Source: Vibrio vulnificus CMCP6
Lineage (GTDB): Bacteria > Pseudomonadota > Gammaproteobacteria > Enterobacterales > Vibrionaceae
Assembly (NCBI RefSeq): GCF_000039765.1
Contig: NC_004459.3
Span: forward strand, 2,956,104-2,988,103
Direction: 5' to 3'
Length of the DNA: 32,000 nt
Numbering within the stretch: the first letter of the stretch is position 1; each line of letters opens with the position of its first letter. This document shows positions 31,021 through 32,000 of this stretch, one piece after another. Position numbers and translations under genes: made by a program. Below the pieces are notes generated by a model that searched no databases, was not told the DNA's origin, and saw only the letters and a list, made by a program, of their open reading frames with translations.

Positions 31021-31132
31021 ACTAAAAAACCCTCGAGAGATGTTGGTCTCCCGAGGGTTTAAAATCTGAATTTGATGATTTTCACCTCCGGGAGTTTCCT
31101 ATCTCCCGGGTATGCGTACATCTCCCGAAAGA
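31021..31132 (-). promoter_or_regulatory. his operon transcription attenuator (alternative hairpins plus intrinsic terminator)
   Basis: The terminator on the minus-strand RNA is CCCUCGGGAGA-ccaaca-UCUCUCGAGGG followed by U6 (plus-strand coordinates 31024-31060). Three copies of CGGGAGA (plus-strand tctcccg at 31047, 31102, 31121) compete for CUCCCGG (plus 31088-31094) and for the terminator 3' arm. Confidence 0.85.
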
Positions 31133-31180
31133 CTAGACTGGGTGATGATGGTGATGAATGTTCATTACAAAATTACGCAT
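31133..31180 (-). CDS. hisL: his operon leader peptide
   Basis: MRNFVMNIHHHHHPV (15 codons, five consecutive His), immediately upstream of the attenuator. This is the only meaningful part of the 86-aa ORF 31133..31393. A shorter version starting at ATG 31165 (MNIHHHHHPV) is possible. Confidence 0.8.
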   Translation of the reverse strand: MRNFVMNIHHHHHPV

Positions 31181-31283
31181 ACTTATATAGGCTCTTAGCT
31201 TGATTGCTTCGTTGATAACCACACTAACTAAGCTTCCCTTATTTTGCAACACTTTATTTAAAAAAATATCAATTTGTATAAGA

Positions 31284-31314
31284 CAAATAAAAAGGGTAGA
31301 CGAAGCCACCCTTT
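31284..31314 (-). terminator. Candidate terminator of the NhaC-family gene
   Basis: AAAGGGT (31291-31297) / ACCCTTT (31308-31314), followed on the minus-strand RNA by UUUUAUUUG. It lies 24 nt after the stop at 31338. The stem is short. Confidence 0.4.
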
Positions 31315-31337
31315 CAAAGTTCATATAAATGAAGACG

Positions 31338-32000
31338 TTACGCTTGTTGGCAAGACTCAATCTTTGCTTTTGACAACCAAGAGAGGATTGCACAAACGAT
31401 GATGAATGCCATGGTTGCAGCCGCTAGTGAGAACATAACGGAAGCGGTCATACCCAATACAACGAAACCAATACAAGAAACCAACGCCACTGCAAGTGCA
31501 TAAGGTAACTGAGTCGCTACGTGGTCAATATGATGACAACGAGCGCCCGTTGAAGAAAGAATCGTCGTATCAGAAATCGGTGAACAGTGATCACCAAAAA
31601 CAGAACCAGCTAATACTGCACTTAGCATAGGAAGCATAAGAGCGATATCTGTCGCACCCGCCATATCACCCGCGATAGGTAGCATAATACCAAACGTGCC
31701 CCACGATGTTCCGGTAGAAAACGCCATCAAACCAGAAAGCAGGAATAGAATCACAGGTAGCCAATGAGGGTTAATATTGCCTTGTGCCATGGTAGACAAG
31801 TAGCTACCCGTTTTCATGTCGCCAATAACCGAACCGATAGTCCAAGCGAAAATCAGAATAAGGATTGCACCAAACATCGATTTAGCACCGATCCATAAAG
31901 TGCGAGCAATTTCTGCAACTGGAAGACCTTGTTTGAACACGGTGAACAAGGCCACAGCCAAACCAACCAGACCACCATAAATAAGCGATGTACCTACGTT
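31338..32000 (-). CDS. NhaC-family Na+/H+ antiporter, C-terminal part (5' end outside window)
   Basis: The reading frame stays open from 31961 to the window edge (…NVGTSLIYGGLVGLAVALF…), so the TTG start in the ORF track is an artefact. The sequence is TM-rich, with STGTSWGTFGIMLPIAG and GDHCSPISDTTILSS typical of NhaC-type antiporters. Confidence 0.75.
   Translation of the reverse strand, partial: NVGTSLIYGGLVGLAVALFTVFKQGLPVAEIARTLWIGAKSMFGAILILIFAWTIGSVIGDMKTGSYLSTMAQGNINPHWLPVILFLLSGLMAFSTGTSWGTFGIMLPIAGDMAGATDIALMLPMLSAVLAGSVFGDHCSPISDTTILSSTGARCHHIDHVATQLPYALAVALVSCIGFVVLGMTASVMFSLAAATMAFIIVCAILSWLSKAKIESCQQA

Noticed and set aside
31133-31393. 86-aa ORF ending in HHHHHPV
   Set aside because: Only the last 15 codons make sense, as the his leader peptide. 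The rest runs through the AT-rich promoter region and overlaps the end of the NhaC-family gene. It is an artefact of the absence of stops.

Overview
The window reads as a largely core chromosomal segment of a marine gammaproteobacterium, most likely a Vibrio. That call rests on gene content and order from memory (torECA, a PACE transporter resembling V. parahaemolyticus VP1155, cysS-ppiB-lpxH, a his operon with attenuator) and cannot be verified here.

Gene order, left to right:
- A 5'-truncated ArsP_2-type metal transporter.
- A small, possibly accessory patch: a GH36-like alpha-galactosidase, a divergent cytosolic sulfotransferase, a porin, and an AT-rich gap holding two overlapping orphan ORFs.
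- The TMAO respiration operon torE-torC-torA (minus strand), with candidate TorR decamer boxes upstream.
- A FetB-like permease with no FetA partner.
- A 418-bp ORF-free gap containing a perfect inverted pair of consensus DnaA boxes.
- A monocistronic FocA-like formate channel, a coiled-coil lipoprotein and a small TIGR02647-like protein.
- A PACE (AceI-like) efflux gene divergent from a LysR / YeeZ-like / YdcF(DUF218) operon.
- tdk, cysS, ppiB, lpxH, an EAL-HDOD protein and ychJ.
- An 11-copy perfect heptanucleotide tandem repeat.
- The complete histidine operon hisL-GDCBHAF-IE (minus strand), and the 3' part of an NhaC-family antiporter running off the right edge.

I see no tRNA, rRNA, CRISPR array, transposase, integrase or recognisable defence genes. 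I cannot point to a clear-cut novel multi-gene system. The candidates most worth follow-up are the PACE / LysR-YeeZ-YdcF module with its palindromic operators, the DnaA-box palindrome in the ORF-free gap, the GH36 / sulfotransferase / porin patch, the split orphan ORF pair, and the CTAG-rich heptamer VNTR.

Several ORF-track starts were trimmed to internal start codons on the basis of Shine-Dalgarno placement and known N-termini.
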